Shown here: positions 8,729 to 18,879 of the stretch, in pieces
Numbering within the stretch: position 1 is the stretch's first letter
Layout of the letters: each line of letters begins with the position of its first letter
NCBI GenBank assembly: GCA_045659585.1
Contig: JAZOXB010000027.1
Coordinates: forward strand, 1-52,510
Source of the DNA: Faecousia sp.
GTDB lineage: Bacteria > Bacillota > Clostridia > Oscillospirales > Oscillospiraceae
Direction of reading: 5' to 3'
Length of the DNA: 52,510 bases
Program-made: the position numbers and the translations under genes
Notes under the pieces: generated by a model
The model's database searches: none
Seen by the model: the letters and a program-made list of their open reading frames with translations, nothing else
What the model was told of the DNA's origin: nothing

Positions 8729-9199
8729 CTATTTCTTATTTTGTTTACACGCCCATTGCAGGATCAGATCATTGTGGGTTGGAACCAGAGATAGCTCATG
8801 TATTTCATGGGGGGAAAAGAAATGCAATGCTCCGGACTCTTTGCTGCATCGGAAGACCGGTTCCTGTTGCAATGCAACTTCGAACAGGACAATGATCATA
8901 CGCCAAACCGTACCGTCTGCGTAGGCGGCGATCCTCTGATCATCTACGATACGGATCTGACGGAAGGAATCTTCCGGTATGCGGATCCCGGTTTCTTCCC
9001 ATACCTCTCGAGCAATTCCGTGGGTATAGCTTTCCCCTTTGTTTAATCTCCCACCGGGGAGTCCCCACATTTCACAATCCCATCGCTTTTCCAGAAGGAG
9101 TTTTCCGTTCCATTCCAGATAGACATTGGTGCCGATTCTTGTGGGGCTGTTGGGCTTGGGAGCCTTTGGATCGTTCAAATAATATGTTCCGATAGCCAT
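8729..9199 (-). CDS. NUDIX hydrolase
   Basis: Nudix box GGRLNKGESYTHGIAREVWEETGI. Confidence 0.9.
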   Translation of the reverse strand: MAIGTYYLNDPKAPKPNSPTRIGTNVYLEWNGKLLLEKRWDCEMWGLPGGRLNKGESYTHGIAREVWEETGIRIPEDSFRQIRIVDDQRIAAYADGTVWRMIIVLFEVALQQEPVFRCSKESGALHFFSPHEIHELSLVPTHNDLILQWACKQNKK

Positions 9200-9203
9200 G
9201 TTA

Positions 9204-9956
9204 TTATCCTAAGAGAACATCGGAGATAAGCATGAGACAGAATCCGGCAAGGAGGGCATAGGTGGCGCCTCTCTGACTTCCGTGGGCGTGAGTCTCCGGG
9301 ATCATTTCGTCACTGATGACGTAAAGCATGGTGCCTCCGGCAAAGGCAAGGGCAAAGGGGAGGATAGCAGAAGAGAAGCTCACTGCAAAATATCCGATCA
9401 GAGTTCCTACAACCTCTACCACGCCTGTTAGAAGGGCGCAGAACAGGGTACGCTTTTTGGAAACTCCGGCAGCCAGCAGGGGAGCGATGATGACCATGCC
9501 TTCGGGAATGTTCTGCAGAGCAATGCCGCCTGCAATGAGAAATGCCCTTCCGGTGTCTCCGGAGCCGAAACCTACACCTGCGGCAATGCCCTCCGGCAGA
9601 TTATGGATGGCAATAGCACTGACGAACAGGAGCACTTTGCTGAGATTTGCATTATTATGGGCTTCATCTTCCGTGCCTGCCAACCTATGGAGGTGGGGGA
9701 CAAGCTTATCCATTGCGTTAAGACAAATTGCACCGATAAAGATCGCTGCAATTACGATGGGAAGTCCATAAGTACCGCCATATTCCAGAGAGGGGAGGAT
9801 CAAACCCAAAACAGCAGCGGCCAGCATGACACCGGCGGCGAAGGACAGAATAATATCGGAGAATCGGTGGGACAGCTTTTTAAAAGCAAAGCCTATGATG
9901 GAACCGATCATGGTAGAACCGCCTACGCCTAAGGCGGTCAGCAGAACAAGCTTCAT
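9204..9956 (-). CDS. ZIP family metal transporter (ZupT-like)
   Basis: FAAGVML, HNLPEG, QNIPEG and DEMIPE motifs; multiple TM helices. Confidence 0.92.
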   Translation of the reverse strand: MKLVLLTALGVGGSTMIGSIIGFAFKKLSHRFSDIILSFAAGVMLAAAVLGLILPSLEYGGTYGLPIVIAAIFIGAICLNAMDKLVPHLHRLAGTEDEAHNNANLSKVLLFVSAIAIHNLPEGIAAGVGFGSGDTGRAFLIAGGIALQNIPEGMVIIAPLLAAGVSKKRTLFCALLTGVVEVVGTLIGYFAVSFSSAILPFALAFAGGTMLYVISDEMIPETHAHGSQRGATYALLAGFCLMLISDVLLG

Positions 9957-10093
9957 GGATATGTTTCCTTTCTGTTGATCTCATACTTATATTCTATCAC
10001 AGAGGGGCGGAAAAGGCAATGTGGAAAAGAATGTGAAACGAGCTTGTTTGTTGAAAAAAAAACAACATGTTTCAGCATTTTATAATCCGAGCG

Positions 10094-10122
10094 TTGACTT
10101 CTGTGAATGACTGTGGTATAAT
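10094..10122 (+). promoter_or_regulatory. SigA-type promoter of the polysaccharide operon
   Basis: TTGACT-17 nt-TATAAT with extended -10 TG. Confidence 0.75.
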
Positions 10123-10189
10123 CCATTTGTACTGTGTATTACTATGTCCGATTTATGGCGGTCCTCGACTGAAAAGGAGGGTATGGACT

Positions 10190-11737
10190 ATGAATGATAA
10201 AATGCCGGACTCCGGTGGTGTGTTCGAGATTGATCTAAAGCGGATTGCAGAGCGACTTATGAATAGGCTTTGGCTGATCGTAGTTATGTCTGTTTTGGGA
10301 GCTGTAATGGCCTTTTGCTTCACATATTATTTTGTAACGCCACTCTATCAGAGTTCTGCAATGCTCTATGTTAATAATAACAATGTATCTCTGGGAGATG
10401 TTACTATGAGTCTTTCTGCCAGTGATATTTCTGCGTCCAGAGGCCTTGTTGATACGCACATTGCAATTCTGAAAGCTCGTACTACTCTCAATGACATTAT
10501 CGACCGCGCAGGGGTTTCCAGAACTCCCGCAGAATTAAGAAAAATGATTTCTGCAGTACCTGTAAACTCTACGGAAATATTCGAGGTTGTGGTTACGTGT
10601 TCCGATCCTTATGAGGCGGAGCGGATCGCTACGGCGATTACAGATGTTCTTCCCAAGCGAATCGAGACCATCATGGAAGGTAGTTCGGCGAAAGTTGTTG
10701 ATACAGCTATCGTGCCTACAAACCCCAGTTCACCCAGCTATTCCAAGAATGTTGTTGTAGGATTTCTGATTTTTATGATGGGAACAGTTGCTGTAATTGT
10801 TCTGAAGCTTCTTTTTGATACGACCATTCGTTCAGAAGAAACTGTGGCTCAAATTACATCCTATCCCGTTCTAGCTGCAGTCCCCGATATGCTTGCACCC
10901 TCAAAGGGTAAATACTATTCCAAGGGTAGTTATCATTCTTACTATAATGGAAACAAGAATAAGGAAAGTGCTTCCGGTAAGAAAAAAGAAGCCCTCCTTG
11001 GTGAACAGGTTAGTTTCGTTGCGTCGGAAGCCTATAAGCTCCTTCGTACGAAGTTACAGTTCTCCTTTACCGATGACGGCGGTTGCCGTATTTTAGGCTT
11101 GTCCAGTGCTATGGCAGGTGAGGGTAAGAGTTTGACAGCGGTAAACCTTGCATATTCCATGGCTCAGCTGAATAAAAGAGTGATCCTGATCGACTGTGAT
11201 ATGCGACGCCCCACCTTAGCAGAGAAAATGAAACTTCGCAAGACTCCGGGTTTGTCCAATTGGCTTACGGGACAGGAAAATATTTCCGAGCTTCTACAGC
11301 GGTGCAGTCTCAATGATGAAAAGGGCACCTTTGATGTGATCTCTGCAGGTCAGACGCCTCCTAATCCTGTGGAGCTTTTGAGCTCCGAAAAAATGGCGAA
11401 GACCCTTGCTCTTTTGCGGAAATCTTATGATTACATTTTACTGGATCTTCCTCCTGTGGGTGAAGTCAGTGATGCTTTGGCTGTTGCAAATCAGGTAGAT
11501 GGTATGCTTCTGGTAGTTCGTCAAGATTACTGTGATCGCAATGCATTGCTTGCGACGGTGAACCAATTTGAATTCATCGAATCCAAGATTCTTGGTGTGG
11601 TTTATAACTGTGCTTCCGAATCTACCGGTCGCTATGGCTATAAGGGTTACTATAAAAAGTATGGCAAAAACAGTGTTGTGGGTAGATATCAGCCCGAGGA
11701 TGCCCACAGCATCAAGAGTGACAGCAAACGGCCTTAA
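10190..11737 (+). CDS. Fused chain-length regulator / BY tyrosine kinase (CpsC-CpsD, Wzc-like)
   Basis: Two TM helices flanking a loop with PLYQSS, EAYKLLRTKL, Walker A GEGKS, IDCDMRRP, LLDLPP, C-terminal Tyr cluster YGYKGYYKKY; AGGAGG RBS before 10190. Confidence 0.92.
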   Translation: MNDKMPDSGGVFEIDLKRIAERLMNRLWLIVVMSVLGAVMAFCFTYYFVTPLYQSSAMLYVNNNNVSLGDVTMSLSASDISASRGLVDTHIAILKARTTLNDIIDRAGVSRTPAELRKMISAVPVNSTEIFEVVVTCSDPYEAERIATAITDVLPKRIETIMEGSSAKVVDTAIVPTNPSSPSYSKNVVVGFLIFMMGTVAVIVLKLLFDTTIRSEETVAQITSYPVLAAVPDMLAPSKGKYYSKGSYHSYYNGNKNKESASGKKKEALLGEQVSFVASEAYKLLRTKLQFSFTDDGGCRILGLSSAMAGEGKSLTAVNLAYSMAQLNKRVILIDCDMRRPTLAEKMKLRKTPGLSNWLTGQENISELLQRCSLNDEKGTFDVISAGQTPPNPVELLSSEKMAKTLALLRKSYDYILLDLPPVGEVSDALAVANQVDGMLLVVRQDYCDRNALLATVNQFEFIESKILGVVYNCASESTGRYGYKGYYKKYGKNSVVGRYQPEDAHSIKSDSKRP

Positions 11738-11830
11738 AGAGCCTAATGCTGCTACCGTCCCGAAGGGACATTACAACATTAAATAATATTAAATATTTTT
11801 AATATTAAAATTATTTTAGGAGATGGTATT

Positions 11831-12535
11831 ATGAAGCGTGTTCTTTCCCTTGTGATCGTTATGACTCTTTGCATTTCTCTTTTGGCATCCTTCGCTTTTG
11901 CGAGCGATTTCGTTCCCAGTATCGGGGATAAGGATCATCCCGAGATCGTTCCTGTGGGTGGGGATGTTGTTGGCCAGATCGTTGCACCTGACGGTACTGT
12001 TGTAGATGATGTAGAGACAGGCTGTTTGGTTGTGACTCCTGTTTCCGAGGCGAACTCCTCTACCGAGATCCCCGAAGAAGCAAGAGAGACTCTGCTGGAT
12101 GTTTATGAACAGCTTAGCAACGGCTCTATGGAGTTGCCTTATGATTCGTCTGTAAACCCCGACGAAATGGTGATTCGCGACCTCTTTGATCTCTCTTTCC
12201 TTTGCCAGGAACATCCCCAGATGCTTGCTGACGGAAATACTCTGAAGGTTACTTTTGATCTGGGCGTTTCTGCCGGAGAGACTGTAGTGGCTATGGTATA
12301 TGTAGACGGTCAGTGGGTCAATGTTGAACTGATCAACAACGGGGATGGAACCGTTACTTGTTTCTTCTCTTCTGTTTGCCCCGTAGTATTCTCTGTTCGC
12401 GAGAATGCTCTGCCCCCTCAAACCGGTGATACTGCTACCGATAGCATGATCATGTGGGCTGCTATTTTGGGAACCGCAGTTGTTGCACTGGTTGTTGTCC
12501 TCGTTGTTTATCGAAAGAAGTTTTCTAACTGCTGA
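11831..12535 (+). CDS. Secreted acidic protein with a sortase sorting signal (PPQTG)
   Basis: Signal peptide ending AFA; LPPQTG at 12410-12427, then a hydrophobic helix and an RKK tail. Confidence 0.8.
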   Translation: MKRVLSLVIVMTLCISLLASFAFASDFVPSIGDKDHPEIVPVGGDVVGQIVAPDGTVVDDVETGCLVVTPVSEANSSTEIPEEARETLLDVYEQLSNGSMELPYDSSVNPDEMVIRDLFDLSFLCQEHPQMLADGNTLKVTFDLGVSAGETVVAMVYVDGQWVNVELINNGDGTVTCFFSSVCPVVFSVRENALPPQTGDTATDSMIMWAAILGTAVVALVVVLVVYRKKFSNC

Positions 12536-12555
12536 TCGTATAAGAGGTTATTTTG

Positions 12556-13521
12556 ATGAGATATAAGATACTATTTGCGGTATTAGCACTGACTCTCTTA
12601 CTTGTGGCTCTCTACAGCGGTGCCAGACTTATGGATTCCGTTGTTATGGGAGAGGGAATAGAGTCTGCTGCCGTGAGTAGTAAGACGATCGAACGAAATG
12701 GCGTTGAATATTATCCAAATCAGAAGATGACTGTTGTTCTTTTGATGGGTATTGACCAGGAAGGCATAGCGGCACCCAGTGAGTCCTATAATAATAAGGG
12801 GTCTGCCGATGCGGTTAGTCTTCTGGTTTTCAATCGTGAGCGTCAGGTTTGCGATGTGCTGTGTCTGAATCGTGATACCATGATGGATATTCCTGTTCTC
12901 GGTATTGGCGGAAAGCGTGCAGGATCTGTGTATGGACAACTTGCGACCAGCCATAATTACGGGACTGGTATGGAAGACAGCTGTGAGAATACCCGTCAGG
13001 CGGTTTCTGATTTCCTGTATGGACTGCAAATCGATTATTATATTTCTTTGCACATGGACGGTATCCCCATTCTGAATGATGCCGTCGGTGGTGTTAATGT
13101 TGAGGTAGTAGACGATTTTTCTGAGGTGGATCCCACCATACAGAAGGGGACTATGCACCTTAACGGAGAACAGGCCTACAACTTTATCCGCAGTCGTAAA
13201 AATGTGGGCAATCAGTTGAATGATTCCCGTATGGATAGACAGAAAGAATATATCGGTGGCTTGGTGGATTCTGCAAGAAATTGCTTTAACAAGGATGAAT
13301 CCTATTATGTTCAGTTGTTTGATATGCTTTCTGATTATGTTGTAACGGATTGTTCAGCTACGGTGTTATCTAAGTTATTTGCTGATTTTTCGGAATATCC
13401 TGTTGGTAGGATCATTATACCTGAGGGAGAGTATGTTCGTGGGGAACAGTATTATGAGTTTTATGTTGATTCCTCTGAACTGGATCGACTGATTATAGAG
13501 CTTTTCTATAAAGAAAAATGA
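12556..13521 (+). CDS. LCP (LytR-CpsA-Psr) family phosphotransferase
   Basis: N-terminal TM anchor, LLMGID, ADAVSL, LNRDT, DAVGGV and FIRSR...DSRMDRQ motifs. Confidence 0.9.
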   Translation: MRYKILFAVLALTLLLVALYSGARLMDSVVMGEGIESAAVSSKTIERNGVEYYPNQKMTVVLLMGIDQEGIAAPSESYNNKGSADAVSLLVFNRERQVCDVLCLNRDTMMDIPVLGIGGKRAGSVYGQLATSHNYGTGMEDSCENTRQAVSDFLYGLQIDYYISLHMDGIPILNDAVGGVNVEVVDDFSEVDPTIQKGTMHLNGEQAYNFIRSRKNVGNQLNDSRMDRQKEYIGGLVDSARNCFNKDESYYVQLFDMLSDYVVTDCSATVLSKLFADFSEYPVGRIIIPEGEYVRGEQYYEFYVDSSELDRLIIELFYKEK

Positions 13522-13641
13522 TCTGCCCAATATAATTTATTTTTGCTATTCTGCGTAAAGCACGATGGCAGAGACTATGCTAGATAGAAGAGAGATTGGG
13601 AACAGAGTAAAGACAGTTTCCCATAATCGTGGAGGAAATCT

Positions 13642-14559
13642 ATGAATACATCAGCGAGCAGAACAAATTCATATTCAGTGCTGATGACTGTTTACTATGA
13701 TGAAAGTCCTTTGGATTTTGAACAGGCGATTCGTAGCATGCTTTTCCAAACGGTGGTAACCGATGATTTTGTGATTGTATGTGATGGTCCCTTGACAGAA
13801 GAATTGGAACGGGTAATTACATTTTACTCCGAGGCATACCCCGGACTGTTCAATGTTGTACGTTTGAAAGAGAATAGCGGAAGCGGCATTGCTTCTGCAG
13901 AAGGACTGATTCAGTGCAAAAATGAGCTGGTAGCCAGAATGGATGCAGATGATATCTCAGCTTCGGATCGTTGTGAAAAACTTCTTGCTGCTTTTGAAAA
14001 GGAGCCGAAGCTTAGTATTGTAGGTGGACAAATGGCTGAGTTTTCCGATTCGCCGGATAAGGTCGATGCCTATAGAGTTGTTCCTACAACCCATGATGAG
14101 ATATATAAATGTGCGGCTAAACGCTCTCCCATTAATAATATCACAGTTATGTTTCGGAAGTCTGCGGCTTTATCTGTTGGTAATTATAATAACCTTCGCG
14201 TTCGTGAAGACTATCATTTATGGATTCGCATGTTGGCGGCTGGGTTCTATGCTGCCAATTTGAAAGATGTTCTTGCCTATGCACGGGTTAACTGTGCAAT
14301 GTATGGGAGAAGACGAGGAATCGAATATTTTAAACTTACATTAGTTACCGAAAAGCTTCTGCGCAAGTGCAGAGTTACATCTTTTATGCAGTATGTACTG
14401 AAGGTACCGATGCATTTCGCTACTTCCGTGATGATGCCCAGATGTATTGGGGCAAAGTTATTCCAGATGGTCATGAGAAGAAAATCAAAGAATACTCCCG
14501 TGAGTGAGATGGATTCTATGCCTATTTCTGAATTGGTGTTTAAGGGAGAAGCTTTATAA
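13642..14559 (+). CDS. Glycosyltransferase family 2
   Basis: YSVLMTVY, VCDGPL, ARMDADD and EDYHLW motifs. Confidence 0.9.
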   Translation: MNTSASRTNSYSVLMTVYYDESPLDFEQAIRSMLFQTVVTDDFVIVCDGPLTEELERVITFYSEAYPGLFNVVRLKENSGSGIASAEGLIQCKNELVARMDADDISASDRCEKLLAAFEKEPKLSIVGGQMAEFSDSPDKVDAYRVVPTTHDEIYKCAAKRSPINNITVMFRKSAALSVGNYNNLRVREDYHLWIRMLAAGFYAANLKDVLAYARVNCAMYGRRRGIEYFKLTLVTEKLLRKCRVTSFMQYVLKVPMHFATSVMMPRCIGAKLFQMVMRRKSKNTPVSEMDSMPISELVFKGEAL

Positions 14560-14582
14560 CTTAGTGAGTATAGGTATATATC

Positions 14583-15785
14583 ATGAAGGTATTATTTTTA
14601 TGCGGCATGTTTTTGGCAGAGCATGAAAGCGAAGTGATTGCTCAAGCAAAGCATGGAGTGGAATTTTCTGCCAATATATTTCAACAGAGACTATATCGTG
14701 GTTTATTAGACTGTGATTGTGATGTTTCGGTTCTGTCAGCACCTTTTATTGGAAGCTATCCTATTACATCTAAGACTTTTAGATTCCGGAAGTTTTCTAC
14801 GGATATATCGGACTTCAACACTGTTCCTTTTTTAAATGTCTGGGGCATTCGTAATATTTCCAGAAGTGTTTCTTTAAAGAGAAGCATCCGCAGTTTCATT
14901 CAACAAGATGATGAGGACAAACGTATTATAGTATATTCTCCGCATACGCCTTTTCTTGAAGCCGCTGTATATGCTAAACGCTGTGACCCAAGGATCAAAA
15001 TAGTTCTTGTTGTACCTGATTTGCCTCAGTTTATGAATCTTAATGAAAAACAAAGTTGGATTTATAAATTCGCGAAAAAGTGGGATATACGAAAATTTAA
15101 CAAACTGAACCGATACGTAGATTCCTATGTCCTTTTGACAGAACATATGCGAAATATGATTGATATTCGTGATTGTCCGTATACAATTGTTGAAGGTATC
15201 GTCGATAGTCGAGATCTTATTGGTAGAGATAGAGATCGGTGCACCGATATCATTAGTAAAGATAAAGATGCCAAATATATTGTTTATACCGGAAAATTGA
15301 ATGCACGTTTTGGTGTAAAGGACCTTATAGATGCGTTTACCTTGTTGAAGGGTTCTGAATATCGTTTGGTTCTTTGCGGAGCTGGGGATTGCGAGGATTA
15401 TATTCGAGAGATACAGTGTTCCGATCCAAGGATCCTTTTTATGGGTCAGGTTACTCCCGCTCATGCGACTGAATGGGTTCGTGGAGCGAACCTTCTGGTT
15501 AATCCACGTAAGAACGTAGAGGAATACACGAAATATTCTTTTCCTTCCAAAACTATCGAGTATTTGCTTTCGGGCAATGCTGTTGCCGGTTACTATTTAG
15601 ACGGAATGCCTGAGATTTATCGAAACTTTATCCGAGTCCCAACGGATGGATCCGTTTCTGCTTTGAGGGATGCTCTTAAATCATGTTCAAGCTGTAATGG
15701 CAATACGGAATATCGTGATTTTATTGAATATGCGTCTCGAAATCTTTCTTGTGAGTCTGTAGCAAGGAGAATTCTTGGTTTATAA
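14583..15785 (+). CDS. Glycosyltransferase, GT-B/GT4-like
   Basis: YTGKL...FGV and VNPR...YSFPSKTIEYL motifs. Confidence 0.85.
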   Translation: MKVLFLCGMFLAEHESEVIAQAKHGVEFSANIFQQRLYRGLLDCDCDVSVLSAPFIGSYPITSKTFRFRKFSTDISDFNTVPFLNVWGIRNISRSVSLKRSIRSFIQQDDEDKRIIVYSPHTPFLEAAVYAKRCDPRIKIVLVVPDLPQFMNLNEKQSWIYKFAKKWDIRKFNKLNRYVDSYVLLTEHMRNMIDIRDCPYTIVEGIVDSRDLIGRDRDRCTDIISKDKDAKYIVYTGKLNARFGVKDLIDAFTLLKGSEYRLVLCGAGDCEDYIREIQCSDPRILFMGQVTPAHATEWVRGANLLVNPRKNVEEYTKYSFPSKTIEYLLSGNAVAGYYLDGMPEIYRNFIRVPTDGSVSALRDALKSCSSCNGNTEYRDFIEYASRNLSCESVARRILGL

Positions 15786-15797
15786 TGAGGAACTAAA

Positions 15798-16883
15798 ATG
15801 GTTCATTTTGCACTTCTTTCTGCGGTAATACTTGCTTATTTTGCCAGATGGCATAGGCAACTTTTTACCTTTGCTGCCTTTGCTTTGCTGGCTGTATTCT
15901 TTTCTATAAGATACATGTATGGAAATGATTACTATAATTATTCCATGTGGTATACTCGTATTCAGCAGGGGGTAGACTCCCCGTATGACTACGAATATAT
16001 ATTTACTTTTTTGAACCATATATTTCCGTCCTTTTATTTACTGATCGCTGCAATCACATGTTTCTTTACCTTTGGGTTCTATCGATTTATTTCTCATCAC
16101 CTTAATCGCTATTATTTATTTATTGGAGTTTTTATTTTTGTCATAAATCCCTATATTTTTTTGATCAATCTTTCCGCAATTCGTCAGAGTATTGCGATTG
16201 TCATATTTTTGGTCGCCAGTCATTTCCTTTATAAAAGGAAGTTTATTCCATATTTCTTAGCAGTTGTGGTTAGTGCGTTGTTTCATAAAAGTGCATGGCT
16301 TCTGTTGCCGGTATATTTTATTGTTACACCGAAAAAAGTGTCTTTAAAATGGGGGATTATTTTTTCTTCCATTGTGTTAGCATTTGTTATTTTCGCTGAG
16401 ATCCCGGCACTTACCACAAGAGTGATTTCAATCTTTGGTGATAAAGAATATAATATATTTGCTTCATCCGATCGTACGAATTCTTTACGGGCTACTTTGT
16501 TAACTTCTATATATTTTGTATATGTGATTGGTAATATTTCAAAATTGGAAGGAAAGTATCTCGTTTACGCAAAGCTGTACAGTATAGGGTTAGCTTTTGG
16601 TATTTTGGCTTTCCGTTTGTCCATGCTAACTCGTTATCAGATGTATTTTGATGTTTTCTCAGTTGTTGTTTTACCTTGTATATTTTCTAAAACGATTCAA
16701 ATTCGTATTAGCAATGAATTAGAGCAGAGTAAGATTTCTTTAATATGGAATTGCATAAACAAATATGCTCTTCCTGTGATGATCTTTGCTGTTTACTTAC
16801 TTCGATATTATAGCTTTTTTAATAATCCTATGTGGCGGTCTTTTGGAGAATATAATACGATATTTAGTCTGTTTGAGGTGTGA
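15798..16883 (+). CDS. EpsG-family (Wzy-like) polysaccharide polymerase
   Basis: Many TM helices; RYMYGNDY, IRQSIA and FHKSA motifs. Confidence 0.85.
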   Translation: MVHFALLSAVILAYFARWHRQLFTFAAFALLAVFFSIRYMYGNDYYNYSMWYTRIQQGVDSPYDYEYIFTFLNHIFPSFYLLIAAITCFFTFGFYRFISHHLNRYYLFIGVFIFVINPYIFLINLSAIRQSIAIVIFLVASHFLYKRKFIPYFLAVVVSALFHKSAWLLLPVYFIVTPKKVSLKWGIIFSSIVLAFVIFAEIPALTTRVISIFGDKEYNIFASSDRTNSLRATLLTSIYFVYVIGNISKLEGKYLVYAKLYSIGLAFGILAFRLSMLTRYQMYFDVFSVVVLPCIFSKTIQIRISNELEQSKISLIWNCINKYALPVMIFAVYLLRYYSFFNNPMWRSFGEYNTIFSLFEV

Positions 16884-16886
16884 TAC

Positions 16887-18083
16887 ATGAGGGTTGCGCA
16901 GATTAATGCTGTTTCATACGGTAGTACAGGACGTATCATGTTCCAGTTGGCCGATGCGTTGAAATCTGCTGATCATGAGGTATTGTGTACTACGGGATTT
17001 ACATGGAATAAGTGTAATCGAACTGACCATTTTGTAACAAGTGGTTTCCTTTCTAAAACATACCATATGTTTATGTCGAAAGTTTTCGGAAACATTGGAA
17101 GTTATTCTAATATTGCGACGCGTCGACTTATAAAAAGATTAAGAGCCTTTAAGCCGGACATTATACATTTGCATAATATTCATGGGTGGTATCTTAATTT
17201 TCCACTGCTGTTTTCTTATATAAAAAAAAGTGGCATACCTGTTGTTTGGACACTACACGATTGTTGGAGTTTTACAGGTCATTGTCCTCATTTTATTGGA
17301 ATTGGTTGCGAGAAATGGAAAACGCATTGTGATAATTGTAGTTTATATCGACAATATCCCGGCACATTCTTTGATCGTTCTCATACGATGTATGAGAAAA
17401 AAATCAGATGGTTTACAGGTATAGATAATTTATCGATTGTGTCGCCATCTAAATGGATTAAAAGCGCTGTTAGAGATTCGTTTCTCAGAGAATATGAGGT
17501 TTATCACATTCCTAATGGAATTGATTTGTCGGTTTTTCATCCTAATGATACATATCCCTCGTCCTTGCATGCTCTAAAATCATCCGGGAAGAAGATCGTT
17601 TTGGGTGTTTCCTATGCTTGGGATTATAAAAAGGGACTAGATGTGTTTATTGAACTTTCCAAAAGATTGGGAGAAGCCTATAGAATTATACTTGTCGGAA
17701 CAGATGATACTGTGGATGCAGAACTTCCGGACAATATTATTTCAGTACATAGAACTACGGACCAATCGGAATTGGCAAGTATTTACTCTGCGGCGGAAGT
17801 GTTTGTAAATCCTACCAGGGAGGAGAATTTCCCTACAGTTCATATGGAAGCGATTGCGTGTGGCACTCCTGTAGTTAGTTTTGATATAGGAGGATGTGCC
17901 GAGAGTATTCTTCCCGGTTGCGGTACTGTCGTACCTAAAGATGATATAGTAGCTATGGAACACGAGATACGTAGGATTTGCAATATGAATGAGAAAATGT
18001 GTAGCACCATTCCTACGCAATTTGATCAGAATTTATGCATTCAGAAATATTTGGAGTTGTACAATGACATCCTTGCAGAATAA
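16887..18083 (+). CDS. Glycosyltransferase GT4 (WcaC-like)
   Basis: DIIHLHNIHG, WTLHDCWSFTGHC and ENFPTVHMEAIACGTPV motifs. Confidence 0.9.
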   Translation: MRVAQINAVSYGSTGRIMFQLADALKSADHEVLCTTGFTWNKCNRTDHFVTSGFLSKTYHMFMSKVFGNIGSYSNIATRRLIKRLRAFKPDIIHLHNIHGWYLNFPLLFSYIKKSGIPVVWTLHDCWSFTGHCPHFIGIGCEKWKTHCDNCSLYRQYPGTFFDRSHTMYEKKIRWFTGIDNLSIVSPSKWIKSAVRDSFLREYEVYHIPNGIDLSVFHPNDTYPSSLHALKSSGKKIVLGVSYAWDYKKGLDVFIELSKRLGEAYRIILVGTDDTVDAELPDNIISVHRTTDQSELASIYSAAEVFVNPTREENFPTVHMEAIACGTPVVSFDIGGCAESILPGCGTVVPKDDIVAMEHEIRRICNMNEKMCSTIPTQFDQNLCIQKYLELYNDILAE

Positions 18084-18879
18084 AGAACTCGATTTGCTTG
18101 TTACATTTATTGATATTTGCAATAAACTTAACCTTAGGTATTATCTTGTGTGTGGAAGTGCATTGGGAGCCGTAAAATATCATGGTTTTATTCCGTGGGA
18201 TGATGATATTGATGTAGCATTACCTAGGAAAGATTATGATATATTTTTGAATGAGGCAAAGAAATATTTGCCGGACCATATTTTCTTGCAGAACTCCCAA
18301 ACTGACCCAATGTTTCCCCAGATCTATTCCAAGTTAAGGGATTGCAGGACAGCCTATATAGAAAAGACTGCGGCCAAACTTCCTATCTGCCATGGAATAT
18401 TTATTGATATTTTTCCTTTAGACGGTTATCCCGAATCTAAAGTGCGCTCGTGTTTTCTGGAACTTCGAAAGAGAATCATGAACGCAAAACTCTTGAGCTT
18501 TCTTGATATCGACAGAAGCCCATGGAAATGTGTCCAGAGCTTTTTGTTGCGAAAGATATCAAGACGCTCAAATCGGGTCGTTTCTGCATATACCAAGATG
18601 GTTTCGAAATATGACTGCGACCAATCAAGTTTAATATGTAATCATGGAAACTGGCAGGGGAAGCTTGAATATGCACCTCGAGAACATTACGGAGAAGGGA
18701 TCGATTCTGAATTTGAAGGAATTGTAGTTCGTATTCCGGAGCAGACAGATGCGTACCTTCGCCAAAAATATGGTGATTATAAGAAGGATTTACCCGTCTC
18801 TGAGCAAAGAGGACATCATAATTATACGGTTTGCGATTGTAATAGATCCTATTTGGAATATATGGAGGAGGGCTTTTGA
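18064..18879 (+). CDS. LicD family phosphotransferase
   Basis: GSALGAVKYHGFIPWDDDIDV, IDIFPLD and YLRQKYGDY motifs. Confidence 0.92.
   Translation: MTSLQNKELDLLVTFIDICNKLNLRYYLVCGSALGAVKYHGFIPWDDDIDVALPRKDYDIFLNEAKKYLPDHIFLQNSQTDPMFPQIYSKLRDCRTAYIEKTAAKLPICHGIFIDIFPLDGYPESKVRSCFLELRKRIMNAKLLSFLDIDRSPWKCVQSFLLRKISRRSNRVVSAYTKMVSKYDCDQSSLICNHGNWQGKLEYAPREHYGEGIDSEFEGIVVRIPEQTDAYLRQKYGDYKKDLPVSEQRGHHNYTVCDCNRSYLEYMEEGF

Noticed and set aside
10067-10189. Upstream ORF-track starts (also 174, 1169, 2069, 5885, 8281, 17989, 19436, 33673, 33826, 36995, 42991)
   Set aside because: These extensions run through promoters, terminators or neighbouring genes; downstream starts with a clear RBS or gene overlap fit better
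11784-11807. AT-only palindrome TAATATTAAA-N4-TTTAATATTA as an operator
   Set aside because: It is composed only of A/T in an AT-rich spacer, so chance is likely, and I saw no second copy
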